A stretch of 64,000 bases of DNA from Felis catus (Eukaryota): positions 12,462,001 to 12,526,000 of the forward strand of contig NC_058375.1 of NCBI RefSeq assembly GCF_018350175.1, read 5' to 3'. The stretch's first letter is position 1. Each line of letters starts with the position of its first letter. Position numbers and translations under genes: made by a program. Below the pieces are notes generated by a model. It was not told where the DNA came from. It was given only the letters and a program-made list of their open reading frames with translations, and did not search any database. Below, one piece after another: positions 22,901 through 35,407 of the stretch.

Positions 22901-24519
22901 ACTGAAACCATCACTCAGAAAGTCGAAAGCTCACATCACCCAAAGTCACCATCCAAAGTCATGTGCTGAGTTCCTGGTGCAGCCAAGAGCGGCGACTGGC
23001 TTGGTTGCTTCCGGCTTTTAAGCTCTTCCCTCTCTGCGCCGCTGGGCCGGGCTGGGCGGCCCTGGGACTCGAGAACCGTGGGTTCTGGTTGCTCTGCTTC
23101 TAAAATACTACGGGACTCTGGACATGCCCCTCACCCTCCTGGGGCCTGGGTCACCCCATCTGGGTGGAGGGGCTGATAATTTCTTCCCTGTGATCTAACC
23201 AGGGGCTGTGAATTACAGTCACGGCTGGGGATGCCTGTAAAACCTTGACACGGTGTGCAGGGAGGGAACCGGCGTGAAGAGAGTAATTACCCAAGCAGCG
23301 TCTCCGGTCCCCTCTGTGCCTGGGACAGCCTTGACGTTTAATCCCCACAATTACTGGGGATGAAGGAATTGGTGCCGAGCTCCACAGCCGGAGAAAGCTG
23401 GGGCTCAGCAGAGGAGCAACTCGCAACTCGCTCAAGGTCACAGGGCTAGGAGGTGGGGAGGCGGGGATTCGAACCCAGCCTGTGTGTGTGTCCAGAAGTG
23501 AGCGCCCCCCCCTCCCCACCAGCCCTCATGGGAGACAGCTCCCTGGGGATGGGGGCGGGGGGCTCAGGGTTTCTAGCCCCAGGGCAGCAAGAGAGTTCCC
23601 GGTGGGGATACTCATGGGAGCAGGTCCCCAGGAGCTTAGCAGGTGGGTCCGAGGTAGGTGAGATGGTGCTGCTACGAAGTGAATTCCTAGCTTCCCTGTC
23701 CAAGCCTCCTCCCACTTTGCCTTCCAGCGGAATGAGAGAGCGAGCCTCCTCCCCCATCATTGCTTGTCTCAAGGACAGAGGCACCTCTTGTTCCAAGGGG
23801 ACCAGGAAAATAGGGAGCTCTCCTGGGTGTTGGGACCTGCTCTGTAGGTAACCTTGACCCCTGACCCCGCCTGCTGGACCAGCCAGACCCAGCTCAGCCA
23901 CTGCACAGAGACTTCTGATGCCCCAGCAGAGGGAGGGGAGGCAACGGGGCTGGGGAGCAGCCCTGCCCCCTTCCTTCTTCCCCATCGTACCCTATCCCCT
24001 GGTTCTTCGGAGCATTGTCGTGATTAAATCTGACGACCATTCATTCTATCTGATATAAAGGCCTCCAATGTCATGGTTCCAGACAGGCAGAGGGTGAGGA
24101 GGGGACCTTGGGCCGGAGCCAGGAGGCTGCCTCTGCTGACCTTAAGCAAAGCCCTTGTCCTCTGAGGGCCTCAGTTATCCCCTCTGTGGATGGAGGGGGT
24201 TGGCTCGGATCATTCCTAAGGGCCCTTTCAAGCTCTGAAAGTCTCTGCAATGCTCAAAGGGAAAGCCCCAAGGTGCCCTCTGGGCTCTTCGCCAGCCATC
24301 CCTCCTCCCACGTGACCACCAGGCCCCGGGAGCACAGGAATGCGGGGAGGCTTGAGTTTGCTTCTGACGCATGGCGGACTGGCAAGGACTGGAGTGACCA
24401 CCACAAAAACCTGTTCCTGTTCAGTCTGGCCAATTCTGGAATATATGCAGGATGCCCACGTTTGCCCAGCTGCAGGGAGAGCCCTCCACCTTGTTGTTGG
24501 CGGGAAGAAGTACGGACTT

Positions 24520-24690
24520 CAGGGTGGCACTGAGTTCAAAGCTCAGCTCTGTCCCTTCTCGTGTGTGAACTTGTACGTTCCGTATCTGAAATGGCAGACG
24601 ATAATACTGAACTTGCTGAAGTGCTGTGCAGGTTATGTGTTATCCCAGGCAGAGTGCTTGACCTGGTGCATAGTAAGTGCTCAGTAAAAA
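24520..24690 (+). mobile_element. MIR
   Basis: atctgaaatggcag...ctggtgcatagtaagtgctcagtaaa. Confidence 0.65.
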
Positions 24691-25604
24691 GAAGGGCATG
24701 TCCCTGGCCCCAGTGCCATCCCAACCTCCCATTGCCAGCAAACAAATAAGGGTCCAGGATGGCAGGACACCTCATTGTGCTGCCCAGAACCTTAACGCAG
24801 ATGAGCAGATGTGTCCAAGTGTGCTAGGGATGATACCATGCTTTAGTGTCTTTTCCTCTTTCTCACGGTTTCTCTGGAAATTACAAAACTGGGCCACATG
24901 CCTCAGTGGCCGCTCTCTTGAGACTTCTGGGTTCTTCATCCCCGAGTCTTGCTTAGCCCACAGGAAATGGGAAACCCTATGCTCTGGCCGAAGAGTAGCG
25001 GGGAGGAGAGGAGCCTGCTTCCCACAGATCTTTCCCTAGAATCCAGCTGGCTGGCTCTAGCCACTGATCAGAATTCACAAAGTACGGGATTTGGCGGGTC
25101 AGCATGAGATCTCTCAAATTAACTGCAGGGTAAGACCCCTAAAGCTCAAGGCTCCTGGCAGGTGCTCCAGAACTCTGAGACAGCACCCAGGGAATAGGTT
25201 GGGGTCGACTCTGACCAGACACCAGGCTCAGGCACAGCTGTGTCCCTAGGCCCAGTCTTGGAGCCACTGGTCAGGGAGTTTACCACACTGGGTATATTTT
25301 GTGGTTGGCCCCAATTCAGAGACCTGTGGTTTGGGATAGAGCACATGAAATTCCCCGCAAAGTGGTGATTTCTGGGAAGAGAGAACAGACTTGATCAGCC
25401 TACATGCTGTTGCTTTTATTAAGTTACCTCAAAGCTCATCAGCCACATGGTACTTCTTTATTCCCTCCCCTAAAAATCAGGATACTGTTCCCTGCTTTCC
25501 CTGGAATCCTGACCAGGGGAGTTTGCACTTAGCAGAGAATCTGCATCCAGCTTCCTTCTGCTTCACTGAGTGGGAGAAGTATTGTCCTCTAGTCCCCTTT
25601 CGCT

Positions 25605-25990
25605 NNNNNNNNNNNNNNNNNNNNNNNNNNNNNNNNNNNNNNNNNNNNNNNNNNNNNNNNNNNNNNNNNNNNNNNNNNNNNNNNNNNNNNNNNNNNNNNN
25701 NNNNNNNNNNNNNNNNNNNNNNNNNNNNNNNNNNNNNNNATTTGTGTGTCCATCCAATGATCCATCCATCCATCTATCCATCATCCATCCATTCATCATT
25801 CAATGATCCATCCATCCATCCTTCATCTATCCATGTGNNNNNNNNNNNNNNNNNNNNNNNNNNNNNNNNNNNNNNNNNNNNNNNNNNNNNNNNNNNNNNN
25901 NNNNNNNNNNNNNNNNNNNNNNNNNNNNNNNNNNNNNNNNNNNNNNNNNNNNNNNNNNNNNNNNNNNNNNNNATATCTATCCATCTACCT
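25605..25990. repeat. (CCAT)n tandem array with two assembly gaps (25605-25739, 25838-25972)
   Basis: Direct reading. Confidence 0.9.
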
Positions 25991-26110
25991 ATACACTGTT
26001 TATTGAGTGTCCACTATATGCCAGGCACTGTATCCTTTGCTCTGTGCAAAACAGACATGAGCCTGCCCTCAGGCAGATTAGAGGACAGCAGGAGCAACAG
26101 AAAATTTAGT
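25990..26110 (-). mobile_element. L2 3' end
   Basis: tgtttattgagtgtccactatatgccaggcactg...aaaacagacatgagcctgccctc. Confidence 0.8.
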
Positions 26111-26139
26111 AAGAAAAACAGTACTTTGTGCTCCAGACT

Positions 26140-26290
26140 TACCACCTCTGTTTATCGGTTTTCTTCTGTGTTGCATGGGATGATGAGTACCTATCACACG
26201 GGATTATGGTGAAGATTTGATGAGACAGTATAGGTAAAGTGTTGGCCCCGTCCCTGGCATGTAGTAAGTGCTCAATGAATTTGAGCTAGG
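26140..26290 (+). mobile_element. MIR
   Basis: gtacctatcacacgggatt...cctggcatgtagtaagtgctcaatgaat. Confidence 0.8.
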
Positions 26291-26999
26291 ATGAGAATGA
26301 GGACCATGATCATGATGAAGATGGTGATGAAGTTTACGGTCATCTAAATCAGCGCCTGGCACTAACCAAGCAACCATACATGTCCCTGAGCTGTAGTGGG
26401 CAGACAGGCTTTCTCAACAGCAGCAGAAGGTAATAGGGGAATGGTGAGGGCAGGCCCCGTGCCAGCTTCTCAGGATGGGACATGTGTGCTGGATGTGCCA
26501 TCTGGAGGCAGGGTCTGAGGGCTTCTTGGGGGAGCCGGAGCCAACATAGCTGCCTGGCTGGTTTAGCCAGTTAGGATTTGGTTGTGAATCTTCTCAGGGC
26601 AGAATAAGCCATGACACCAGGGCTGTAGACTGCCTTCTCAGGGGCTGGGGTAGGCTGTCTGGAAGCTGCCAGAAGTGAAGGAAGGCAGCAGAGGTGGGGA
26701 CGAGCCTCTGTGCTGGGGGCTCGGGGGAGACGGCTGGAGCTGGAGCTCTGGGGGAGCAGCCAAAAGTGGCTAGGGGGTCCCTGGTCCCTGGGGCTGATCG
26801 GGGCGGGGGCATGTCCGTGTCCCTTGCCACCGTGCCTCCAGCTCCTAGAACAGTGCCAGGCACATCTCAGACACTTCTCCGGGGAGTATCTGGGAGTGTT
26901 TGTTGAACGGGTGCTGAGGCTCCACTGGGATGGTCTGATGTAACTATCAGGCTGGCTCACCTGGGAGAAACAGTGGTTCTGGAACCAGAGGGAGAAGCG

Positions 27000-27480
27000 T
27001 TCATAGCCTGACCCCACCACCTACCAGCTCTGGGGGACCGTGGATAAGACACTTGCCCTTTCCGAGCCTCGGTTTCCTCATCTGCAAAATAGGAATTGCG
27101 GTCGATACTGAGGGCTGTTGTGTAGATGGGAGATGGTGAAGTAAAAAGCGACTCTGCTGTCATCATCCATGTTTCTGGGGTGACACCCAGAGTTTCGAGC
27201 CAGGACTGGGGGATTGGGCTGGTGCGGACAGAGTATCTGCTGAACCCCCACATTTGAAGTTTGGGGGAGGGGTGACGGGATAGAGTCAGATAGACCCGGA
27301 ATCTATTGCTTACTTGCTGTGTGACCTTAGGTAAGCTACTCCCTCCCTGCGCCTCCTCTGTCCCACCTGTCCAAAAGGGGATCTTGAAAGCAGCTGTTCT
27401 ATAGAGTTCTTGCGAGAGTAAATGGGATTGTGCATGAAGAGCTTGGGGCCTGGCATGTTATACATGTTCAGTAAAGGGGA
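27000..27480 (+). mobile_element. Two MIRs (about 27000-27150 and 27280-27480)
   Basis: gcctcggtttcctcatctgcaaaatagg; gctgtgtgaccttaggtaag. Confidence 0.75.
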
Positions 27481-29848
27481 GCTATCCTCACCAAGGGAAG
27501 GGGCCCTGGTCCCCCCTTCTGAGACGCCGGGGCTTCCCTTGGAAGTGACCCACTGCACTGTGTCTCTGCTGACACGTGGGTGGGTCCCAGAAGGTGCTTG
27601 TTTCCAGGAGAAAAAAAACCCAGGGAAACCATTTGGCTTAACCTCTGAAGTTCCATGGGGGCGGGGCTTGAGGGATCGTAACTGGGGGCTATTCAGTAGG
27701 GGGAAGGAACACGGACTTCAGATTTAAATCCCAGTAGATGTTAATGAACGCTGGGGCTGGTCCAAAAATCCAGTCTATAAAACTCCTGCCTGCAGCTTCT
27801 GGTGTGTTGCTAATGGGAGTTTATGTGAAGGACACAGTGGGATAAGGGCCCATTGTTCTGAGCGGGGACGGTTTTATGACTCTTAGAAAGCGTCTTTCAT
27901 CTGGGAGACCAGGGAACTGATGGGACCTCCCAGCCCTGGGCGGGGGAACTGGAGGACGCTGGAGGTTTCTGGGGCTGGTGCCAGGCGGCGGCCACGGCCA
28001 GGCCCTCTCCCTACAGCCAGGGTAGCTGGCGGGGGCTGCACAGCAGGGCCTCCCTTTCCCCAGGCCCGGGACCTTCCCTCCTGGAGATCCTCTGTCCAGC
28101 CCGGCCAGGTCTGCTTGGCAAAAGGCTGGAGGCTCACTGTGTCCCCCGGGGTTCCCTCCCTGCTCCCCCTTCCTCGGCAGCCAGTGCTGTATCTTTTTCA
28201 TCTTTATGGATGAAGATCCTTCCAGAACAGGCCTTGGGCCCTGCGTTCACTGTCAGCTGACTAGCAACTTCAGGCCTGGAGGCCTTGCCTGGCACTCGAG
28301 CCTTGGGTAAGGGCAGTAACCTGATGCCAGGAAGCTGAGACCTTGTCTCCTTGTCCTTTCTGGCTCCTTGGCCAGGCCCCAGACGGAGAAATCCAACCTC
28401 CCCTTGGCTCGGCAGACAGGCCCAAGCTTTCTGTCTGTTTATCCCGGGTAGGGGCTGCAGGAGTGGGTGAGGCTGGCGTCCTACCGTAGGCAGGGCCCGT
28501 GGGGAGGAGACCTGGGTGCGGTCACACCTGCTGTGGATGCCCCTGGCCGTTCAGCCCAGACTGTGACTCCCCCTCCCCGCTCACCTTTTCTACTTTGGGA
28601 GGTACAAGAAGGCCAGAGCAGCATGTTGGGGATCCCTTGTGCCCTAACTGGCCCCAGAATCCCTTCACCCTGCGGCGAGACAGCAGCCATGGGCAGCGGG
28701 CGCTGCCTGGTTAGCAATCCCTCCGAGGCTTCTGGGCTTTCAAGGAATACAAAAATCTGTTCGGGCACGTGCACGTGAGGGGGATCTGGAGGAACCCAAC
28801 AGGCCGCTCCGACGGACATTCCAGGCTAGCACAGAACGTCTTCGTGCCTCAGTTTCCTCCTCCCGAAAACGGGAGGGAAAGTACCTGCTTTGTAAGGTTG
28901 CTGGAAGGATCAGTTGGAACGTGGCCGGGTGTGTGGCGGTGCGAAGGCTGGTTTGGGGTCCACGGTCACTTGACTGGGTCTCTCACCTCCCCGGGTCCAA
29001 ATTCCTGGGAGAAACGAGCTGATTGGCCAGCTTGCCGTCAGATGTTCACCCTGTCCCCCAATCAGCTGCGCTGGCGAGGAGCGGGCTGCCCCGCCCACGG
29101 GCGGGAGGGTGTAGGGAGGCACATCCTGGCATGTCAACCCCAGCCTGTTCAGAGGCTCTATCCGATGGGGAAAGTACTGCCCACAGTGGCTTGGTGCTTT
29201 TTTTTCTGCCAACCCCCAGGGGGCGTTCCCGGGGGTGCTTCCAAGTGATCAGGACAAGCTTTCAGAACTGCGGCTGCCTGCCAACGCTTGGAGCCTCTCT
29301 GGCTCACGAGTAACTGGCCCATTTGCAATTTGAAATCGTTGTCAGTTTTAAAAATCGGGGGATTTCATAGAGAACTCTGGACTTCTGGCTTCTCTTGGGG
29401 GAAAAGAAAGAAAGCGCTGGGGATATCGAGCGTAGACGCATAGCATCTGCTCCAACAGGGGGGCCGTGTGCTTTCCAGGCCCTGAGGGACCCCCCCCCCC
29501 AACCTTTCCCCGTGGTGTCCCTAGTCTTGAAACTTGGTCATCCTTGTCCGGGCGCATCCAGCCTGCTTCTTCCACTGTCACCCCCTACCTCGCCACCTCA
29601 CTCTACAGCCTGGAAATGGGAATTGCGCAAAGAAGAAGAAGAATTGGCTAGCTATTCAACATTTTGGAATATGTGTATGAACCCAGTTTTGTGCCAAATA
29701 TCCACAACTATGATCTCATTTATTTCTCTAAACAACCGTGAGGTAGGAATCATCACTTCCATCCCTACGACACAGACGGTGAAGAATTACTACACAGACA
29801 GCTCGAAGAATTACATGATGTGCTAGAGATTAGCACAGGCCATCCGAC

Positions 29849-29976
29849 NNNNNNNNNNNNNNNNNNNNNNNNNNNNNNNNNNNNNNNNNNNNNNNNNNNN
29901 NNNNNNNNNNNNNNNNNNNNNNNNNNNNNNNNNNNNNNNNNNNNNNNNNNNNNNNNNNNNNNNNNNNNNNNNNNNN
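29849..29976. other. Assembly gap (N)
   Basis: Run of N covering a SINE body. Confidence 1.
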
Positions 29977-30080
29977 TTGGGCAGAGCCTGACACGGGTCT
30001 CAACTCCATGACCCTGGCATGGTGACCTGAGCTGAAATCAAGAGTCAGATGCTCAACCGACGGAGCCACCCAGGCGCCCC
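29977..30080 (-). mobile_element. CAN-SINE head
   Basis: gagctgaaatcaagagtcagatgctc...caggcgcccc. Confidence 0.95.
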
Positions 30081-30139
30081 TAGAAACGTCTTTAAACTGA
30101 CTGCGGCATTTCGAGAGGAAACCGTTGACTTGATCCTTT

Positions 30140-31165
30140 TCTCTGGATGTTTAGTTTGTGTTTGCGAGAAACACGGACCCGTTCCTTCGCCATCATAGTA
30201 GAACCATCAAAAGCCGGAAATGCACGTGATGCATCCCCACCATCTCAGCCGCCGCCCCTCTTCAGTCTTACCAGATGTCCCAGTAGTGGCCTTTGTATGG
30301 AAGGGATCAAGTGAGGATCACGCGTGGCATTTAGTTGTCCAGTCTCTGGTTTCCTTCAATCTGAAAAAGATCCCCGGTCTCTCTTTGACTTTTGTGACCT
30401 TGGCGTTTTGGAAGACTCTCAGTTCAGGTTTGTGTGATGTTTGCTCAGGATCATGGGAGCTGTGCATCTTTGGCGGGAACATGGTGAGGTATGGCCGGGA
30501 CCTTCTCCGAGCATCCCATCGGGACCCTTGGGGTGTCCAAATGTCCCCCTGCTGGTCACGTCCCCGGTTTGACCACTTGGGTGGAGAGCTGTCTGTGAAG
30601 TTGCTCTCTTCCCCTTTCTGGTTAAGAAGTATTTTGTGGGGCGGTGCTTTGAGACTGTGTAAACAGTCATTTCCTGGCCTTCAATGTACTCATTTGCTTA
30701 TTTACTTATCAGAATGGACTCTTGGTTTCTTACTGTATTCAACGGGATATAAATCCAATCATGATTTATTCTGATGTCAGATTGCCCTCAGTTTGATTAG
30801 TGGGAGCCTCTGTGAGCTGGTTTCTATGTCCTTTTGCTATGACACAGAGCAATTTTATCACTTCTTGAGCAGTTTATCAGTTTGTGGCCCAGCACTATAT
30901 TATAGGCTCAAATTGTCCTTCCTCTGGAATCAGCCGTTTCTCCAGGGACCTCTGGATCCCTTGAGTAGAGAAGGGTATTGGGGAACCACGATCCGGCTGC
31001 TAAGTGTGCTCACTGCTACTGGGTGTCCCTGTTCCCAGGCCCTCGCGGTGGACAGAGCTAGAGCTCACACCATCGCTTCCGATTCCAGCCCAACACCCCG
31101 GGAGATCATTCTACTTTTCTCCCTTTCCGTATCTGTAATTTGCTTCTCCAACAGGGAGAGTCCCA
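30140..31165 (-). mobile_element. L1MC4/L1MC5-like 3' region
   Basis: ggatcacgcgtggcatttagttgtc, tccttcaatctg, ggaatcagccgtttctccaggg, aagtgtgctcactgctactggg. Confidence 0.85.
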
Positions 31166-32523
31166 AGAGTTCAAGCTGTTGACCACTGCTATACTAGGTT
31201 GCCTCTCACTAATAACAGTTAGAATATTGATAATAATCCAGCCTCAAGTAGCATATTGATCTAATTTTGTCAGTGGGAAGTGGGGAAATCTCTGTTAGGC
31301 TACATTAACTTGATCCTGCGACCTTCTGTGAAGAGAGAAGAGGGCAACAGGATTATTGTTCCCACTTGACAGGCAGTGAGACAGAGTAAAAGAGGTTGAG
31401 GGCTGTTTTCAGGGTGCTACAGAGATCGTGGGGTAGCAGAGCCCTGTGTCGTGTCCTTGTCCCACTGGACATGAGTGTCCACCCCCTCCCCCCTTGTGGG
31501 TGTTTTGGGTGAACTTTGAGACCACATCCCCAAGACAAGGAAGGAGCTGCTCAGACTGGTCTGTCCCTGACACCCAGGCCCATAAAGTGATAGCTCAGAG
31601 AAGTCAAGTTTCCTTCTTCACCTGAGCTCCCAGGACCCCCTCTGCCTGTGGCTGTGCCCTTGAGCTCAGCTTGCTTCCCCACAAATGCAGGTCTTGGGTC
31701 GGGGCGGGGGGGGAACATCTGGAAGTCTTGAAGCAGGGGTGGTTGCTCAAAGTATCCCAGCCCCCCTCAAAATGCCTGTCCTACGAAACAGAGACAGGAG
31801 TGTTATGGGAAGAGAGTGTCATATCGTCTTCTTTCGTAATCAAAATGCGATCCAGCCTCTCTTAGGTAATAAATAGCCTGGTCACGGTTGGTTTAATGGT
31901 ATAGTAAATTTCAGGGCCTGACTGCTTCCTGCTTGCCCTCTGTTCACACTGCCCGTGTGAGCGTGGTATCTGGGCCACAGAGTCCACTTTCTCAGCCACC
32001 CACTTCCTTTTTGACCCACTATGTGGTTCGGCCAGCAGAAGGGAGACTGGGCTGGAAGGCAGAGGCAGGAGCCCTGGGTTCCCATCCTGACTTTGCCACC
32101 AGCTTGCTAGGCAACATGGGCGAGTCACTTCGCCTCACTGGCCAGTGGAAAAATGCCACCCCTGTCCTCCCTGCCTCCCTCTTCTCCAGGTCAGCGGTGG
32201 AGACCAGGGAGAACAGAACCCTTTTCCCATCCAGATGTACCCTTGATGGTTATGCATCCACAGTAAACCCTGCACTCACCAGCGTGTTCAGTGGGTGGAA
32301 AATTCTGGTTAATTGAATGTTCTGGGACATGGAAACATCCCCAGAAATCCTTTGTGTTCCTTTTGTGGTCATTGAAAACCATTCATTCATCTATTTAGCA
32401 AATATTTGTCTCGTGCCTGTGCTCTACCGGGCTCCGTCCCAGGTGGCGGGGAGGCGCTGTGAATGAGACAGCGGAGGCCCAGCCAGCAAGGGCTCACACC
32501 CCGGAAGGAGACGTGAGCAAACG

Positions 32524-33068
32524 CAGGGGGCCCTTGAACACCGCAGGGGCTAGGGGCACCAACCCCTTACGCAGTACAGCTTTTGACTCCCCCAAAATGT
32601 AATTGCTGATGGTCTACTGTTGACCACGAAGAAGCCTTTACCAATAACATAAACAGTCAATTAATGTCTTCTGTATATCATATGTATTATATAATGTATT
32701 CTTATAATTGCATAAGCTCGAGAAAAGAAAATAGTATTAAGAAAATTGTAAGGAAGAGAAAATACATTTTTATTGAAAAAAATCCACATAGAAACCTGCC
32801 CAATTCAAACCTGTTTTTTTTTTTAATTTTTTAATATTTATTTTTGAGAGAAAGGGAGAGAGAGAGACAGAGTGCAGACAGGGGAGGGGCAGAGAGAAAG
32901 ACACACACACAGAATCTGAAGCAGGCTCCAGGCTCCGAGCTGTCAGCACAGAGCCTGACGCGGGGCTCGAACCCACGGACTGCGAGATCATGACCTGAGC
33001 CGAAGTCAGACGCTCAACCGACTGAGCCACCCGGGCGCCCCTAAACCTGTGTTTTTTAAGGGTCAATG
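32524..33068 (-). mobile_element. Tigger2a/MER28-like DNA transposon containing a SINE
   Basis: cccttgaacacc...aagggtcaatg|ta; similar to the copy at 8986. Confidence 0.85.
32814..33041 (-). mobile_element. CAN-SINE (SINEC_Fc)
   Basis: Full length; TSD aaacctgt(t/g)ttttt. Confidence 0.95.
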
Positions 33069-34307
33069 TACACCACACAACTCAGTAGGATGGATGGCCT
33101 GAGGGGACCATAGGACACTGTGGGAGGCCCAGAGTCCAGTGTGGGGGCCCTGGAGAAGGGATCCTTGACCTTGAGAAGGTGTTCTCTGTTGAGAGCCTCA
33201 GGAGGCATTAGCCAACGTGCCTGGGCAGGAGGATGGAGTGGTAATGGCGTTCCAGGCAGAAGGAGCAGTAATGAATGGGCAAAAGCCAATAAAGCGCCTT
33301 TGACATCGAATTGTGCTGTGGAGCTTAGAATGTGACCCCGGGGAGGCGAGAGGCGAGGGGTGTGTGTGTGTCGTCGGGATGCAAGATGGTGGAGAGAGCA
33401 AGAATGTAGGAGGATGTGGCCCTGGGGTGGGGGTGGGGGGAGAGGAGGGCCCGGCATTACCAGATCTTCGGGTTTGCTGAGAAGCCAACAGTCTGTTTTT
33501 TTACTGCAAAATCTCCCGAGTGTTAAATGTTGGTGACCCATGAGCCACCACTGGGGGCCAAACGCAATGGTTCTGTAGACTCCACTGGTTCTATGAGCCG
33601 GTGGCTTGTCACCTGGGACCCAGAGGGTCTATGTGATGAACGTTTGAGGGTGTCCACTCAGAATCTGTTATGATCCTCTGATGTTGAGTGCGCCCCTACC
33701 CTGTGCTGGGCTCTGGGGGTCTGATAAGGGCCCTGGGGTATGGCCCCTGCCCTCAAGCCTGGATCACAGCGTCCATCAAGCTGAAGACAGTGCTAATTAG
33801 TATACATGTCCAGAGCTAACGAAACCAACAAAGGCTCTAACAAGAGGAACCAGCCAAAGCCCAAAGTGCCGTAGAGCTCAGAGGAGGGGTGGTCAGGGAA
33901 CAGGGGCCACGTGGGGAGGTTTCCCAGGGATTCTGGGCCTTCTGATGGTTCTGGGAGGGAAGGTAAACCTTAGTGCAGCCAAAGACGGGGCAGGCATTCC
34001 AGACTGGAGGACTCAGGGGGGCTGAGGCCCAGGAAGGAAATAAAATAGCCAAGGAGGGAGGTTGGAACGGATCTGAAAAGCTATGAATGCAGGTCCAGGA
34101 ACTTGTACTCGCCTCTGCATATGCCAGCAGGACCCAAGCATCTACATTCTGGCCCAAGGCTTAATGTTATGTCACTCACCGGACATCTGAAGACGTTCTA
34201 GCTGCTTTGCTGGTGCAGGGAAGGAAACATTCTTCTGCTGTGTTTCCTCCTGGACTAAGAATTAAATTTACATGAGACAGATTAACAGGAGGAAAACACC
34301 CAAAGTT

Positions 34308-34399
34308 AAAAAAAAAAATTTTTTTTAAAGTGGTCTTTCTGCTCAACACGGGGCTTGAACTTCTGGCCCCGACATCAAGGGTCACCAGCCAGGTGCCCC
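34308..34399 (-). mobile_element. Short, degenerate CAN-SINE
   Basis: caacacggggcttgaact...ccagccaggtgcccc. Confidence 0.75.
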
Positions 34400-34416
34400 A
34401 AACCTTAAGTTTTCTT

Positions 34417-34639
34417 TTTTTTTTTTTTCCCCAACGTATTTTTTATTTATTTTTGGGACAGAGAGAGACAGAGCATGAACGGGGGAGGGGCAGAGAGAGA
34501 GGGAGACACAGAATCGGAAACAGGCTCCAGGCTCTGAGCCATCAGCCCAGAGCCCGACGTGGGGCTCGAACCCACGGACCGCGAGATCGTGACCTGGCTG
34601 AAGTCGGACGCTTAACCGACTGCGCCACCCAGGCGCCCC
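34417..34639 (-). mobile_element. Young CAN-SINE (SINEC_Fc)
   Basis: 17-bp TSD aaaccttaagttttctt (34400-16 / 34642-58); head ggggcgcctgggtggcgcagtcgg...ttcagccaggtc. Confidence 0.97.
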
Positions 34640-34805
34640 TAAAACCTTAAGTTTTCTTACGTGCACACAGAGGCTCAATAATGAAATTGAGACCTAAAAA
34701 ATGTCTAATGCAGGCACTTTTTACACTTCTCAGGTAAAGAGACAAACAAAACAAAAACAAAGACCGTGAGGAATTGGCAGGACAGAGAAAAGTTAATTTG
34801 GTGGT

Positions 34806-35028
34806 GGAGCGCTTGGGTGGCTCAGTGGGTTAAGCGTCCGACCTTGGCTCAGGTCACGATCTCGCGGTCCATGAGTTCAAGCCCCGCGTCGGGCTCTGTG
34901 CTGACGGCTGGGAGCCTGGAGCCTGTTTCAGATTCTGTGTCTCCCTCTCTCTCTGCCCCTCCCCTGCTCATGCTCTCTCTCTCTCTCTCTCTCAAAAATA
35001 AATACACGTTAAAAAAAATTAAAAAAAA
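34806..35028 (+). mobile_element. CAN-SINE (SINEC_Fc), no visible TSD
   Basis: Full-length head, CT body and A tail. Confidence 0.95.
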
Positions 35029-35407
35029 GACCAATGTGCCTAAGTGGGACTCTATGAACGACTCTTAAGACAGGCTCTATGGAGCGAACGTCCTTGTGTG
35101 GAGACAGACAATAAACAAGCAAGCAAATCAACGAATAAGATGGTTTCAGAGAGCGGGGCCTGAGTGTGGTTTGTCTCACGGCACTGTAGAGGCCTGTCTA
35201 TTTGTGTCTCCTCCTAGCCTGCGAGAGCCAAGGGGGCAGGGCTGGGGTCTCTCTGGCCCCTCGTTTCATTCCCAGCCCCTAAGGCTGGTGCCTGGCAGAG
35301 AGGGAGTAGTTCAGAAAAACATTTTCTCTGGCTGTGTTGCATGAACCAACACAGGCTGGCAAAGATGCCCGTATACATACACCTGTGCCCTTTGGAGGCT
35401 GCAGAAC

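Larger units (their letters stand above)
32380..33500 (-). mobile_element. L2 relic interrupted by Tigger2a
   Basis: attcattcatctatttagcaaatattt at the start; gttccaggcagaaggagcag after the insertion. Confidence 0.65.
34214..34805 (-). mobile_element. MER34-like LTR, 3' part only, with two SINE insertions
   Basis: Reverse complement ends cctcctgttaatctgtctcatgtaaatttaattcttagtcc...ttccttccctgca, as in the LTR at 9222. Confidence 0.7.

Noticed and set aside
29210-30558. Further CTCF-like strings (cccccagggggcgt at 29213; ccagcagggggac on - at 30543)
   Set aside because: Mismatches at informative core positions; the second lies inside L1MC
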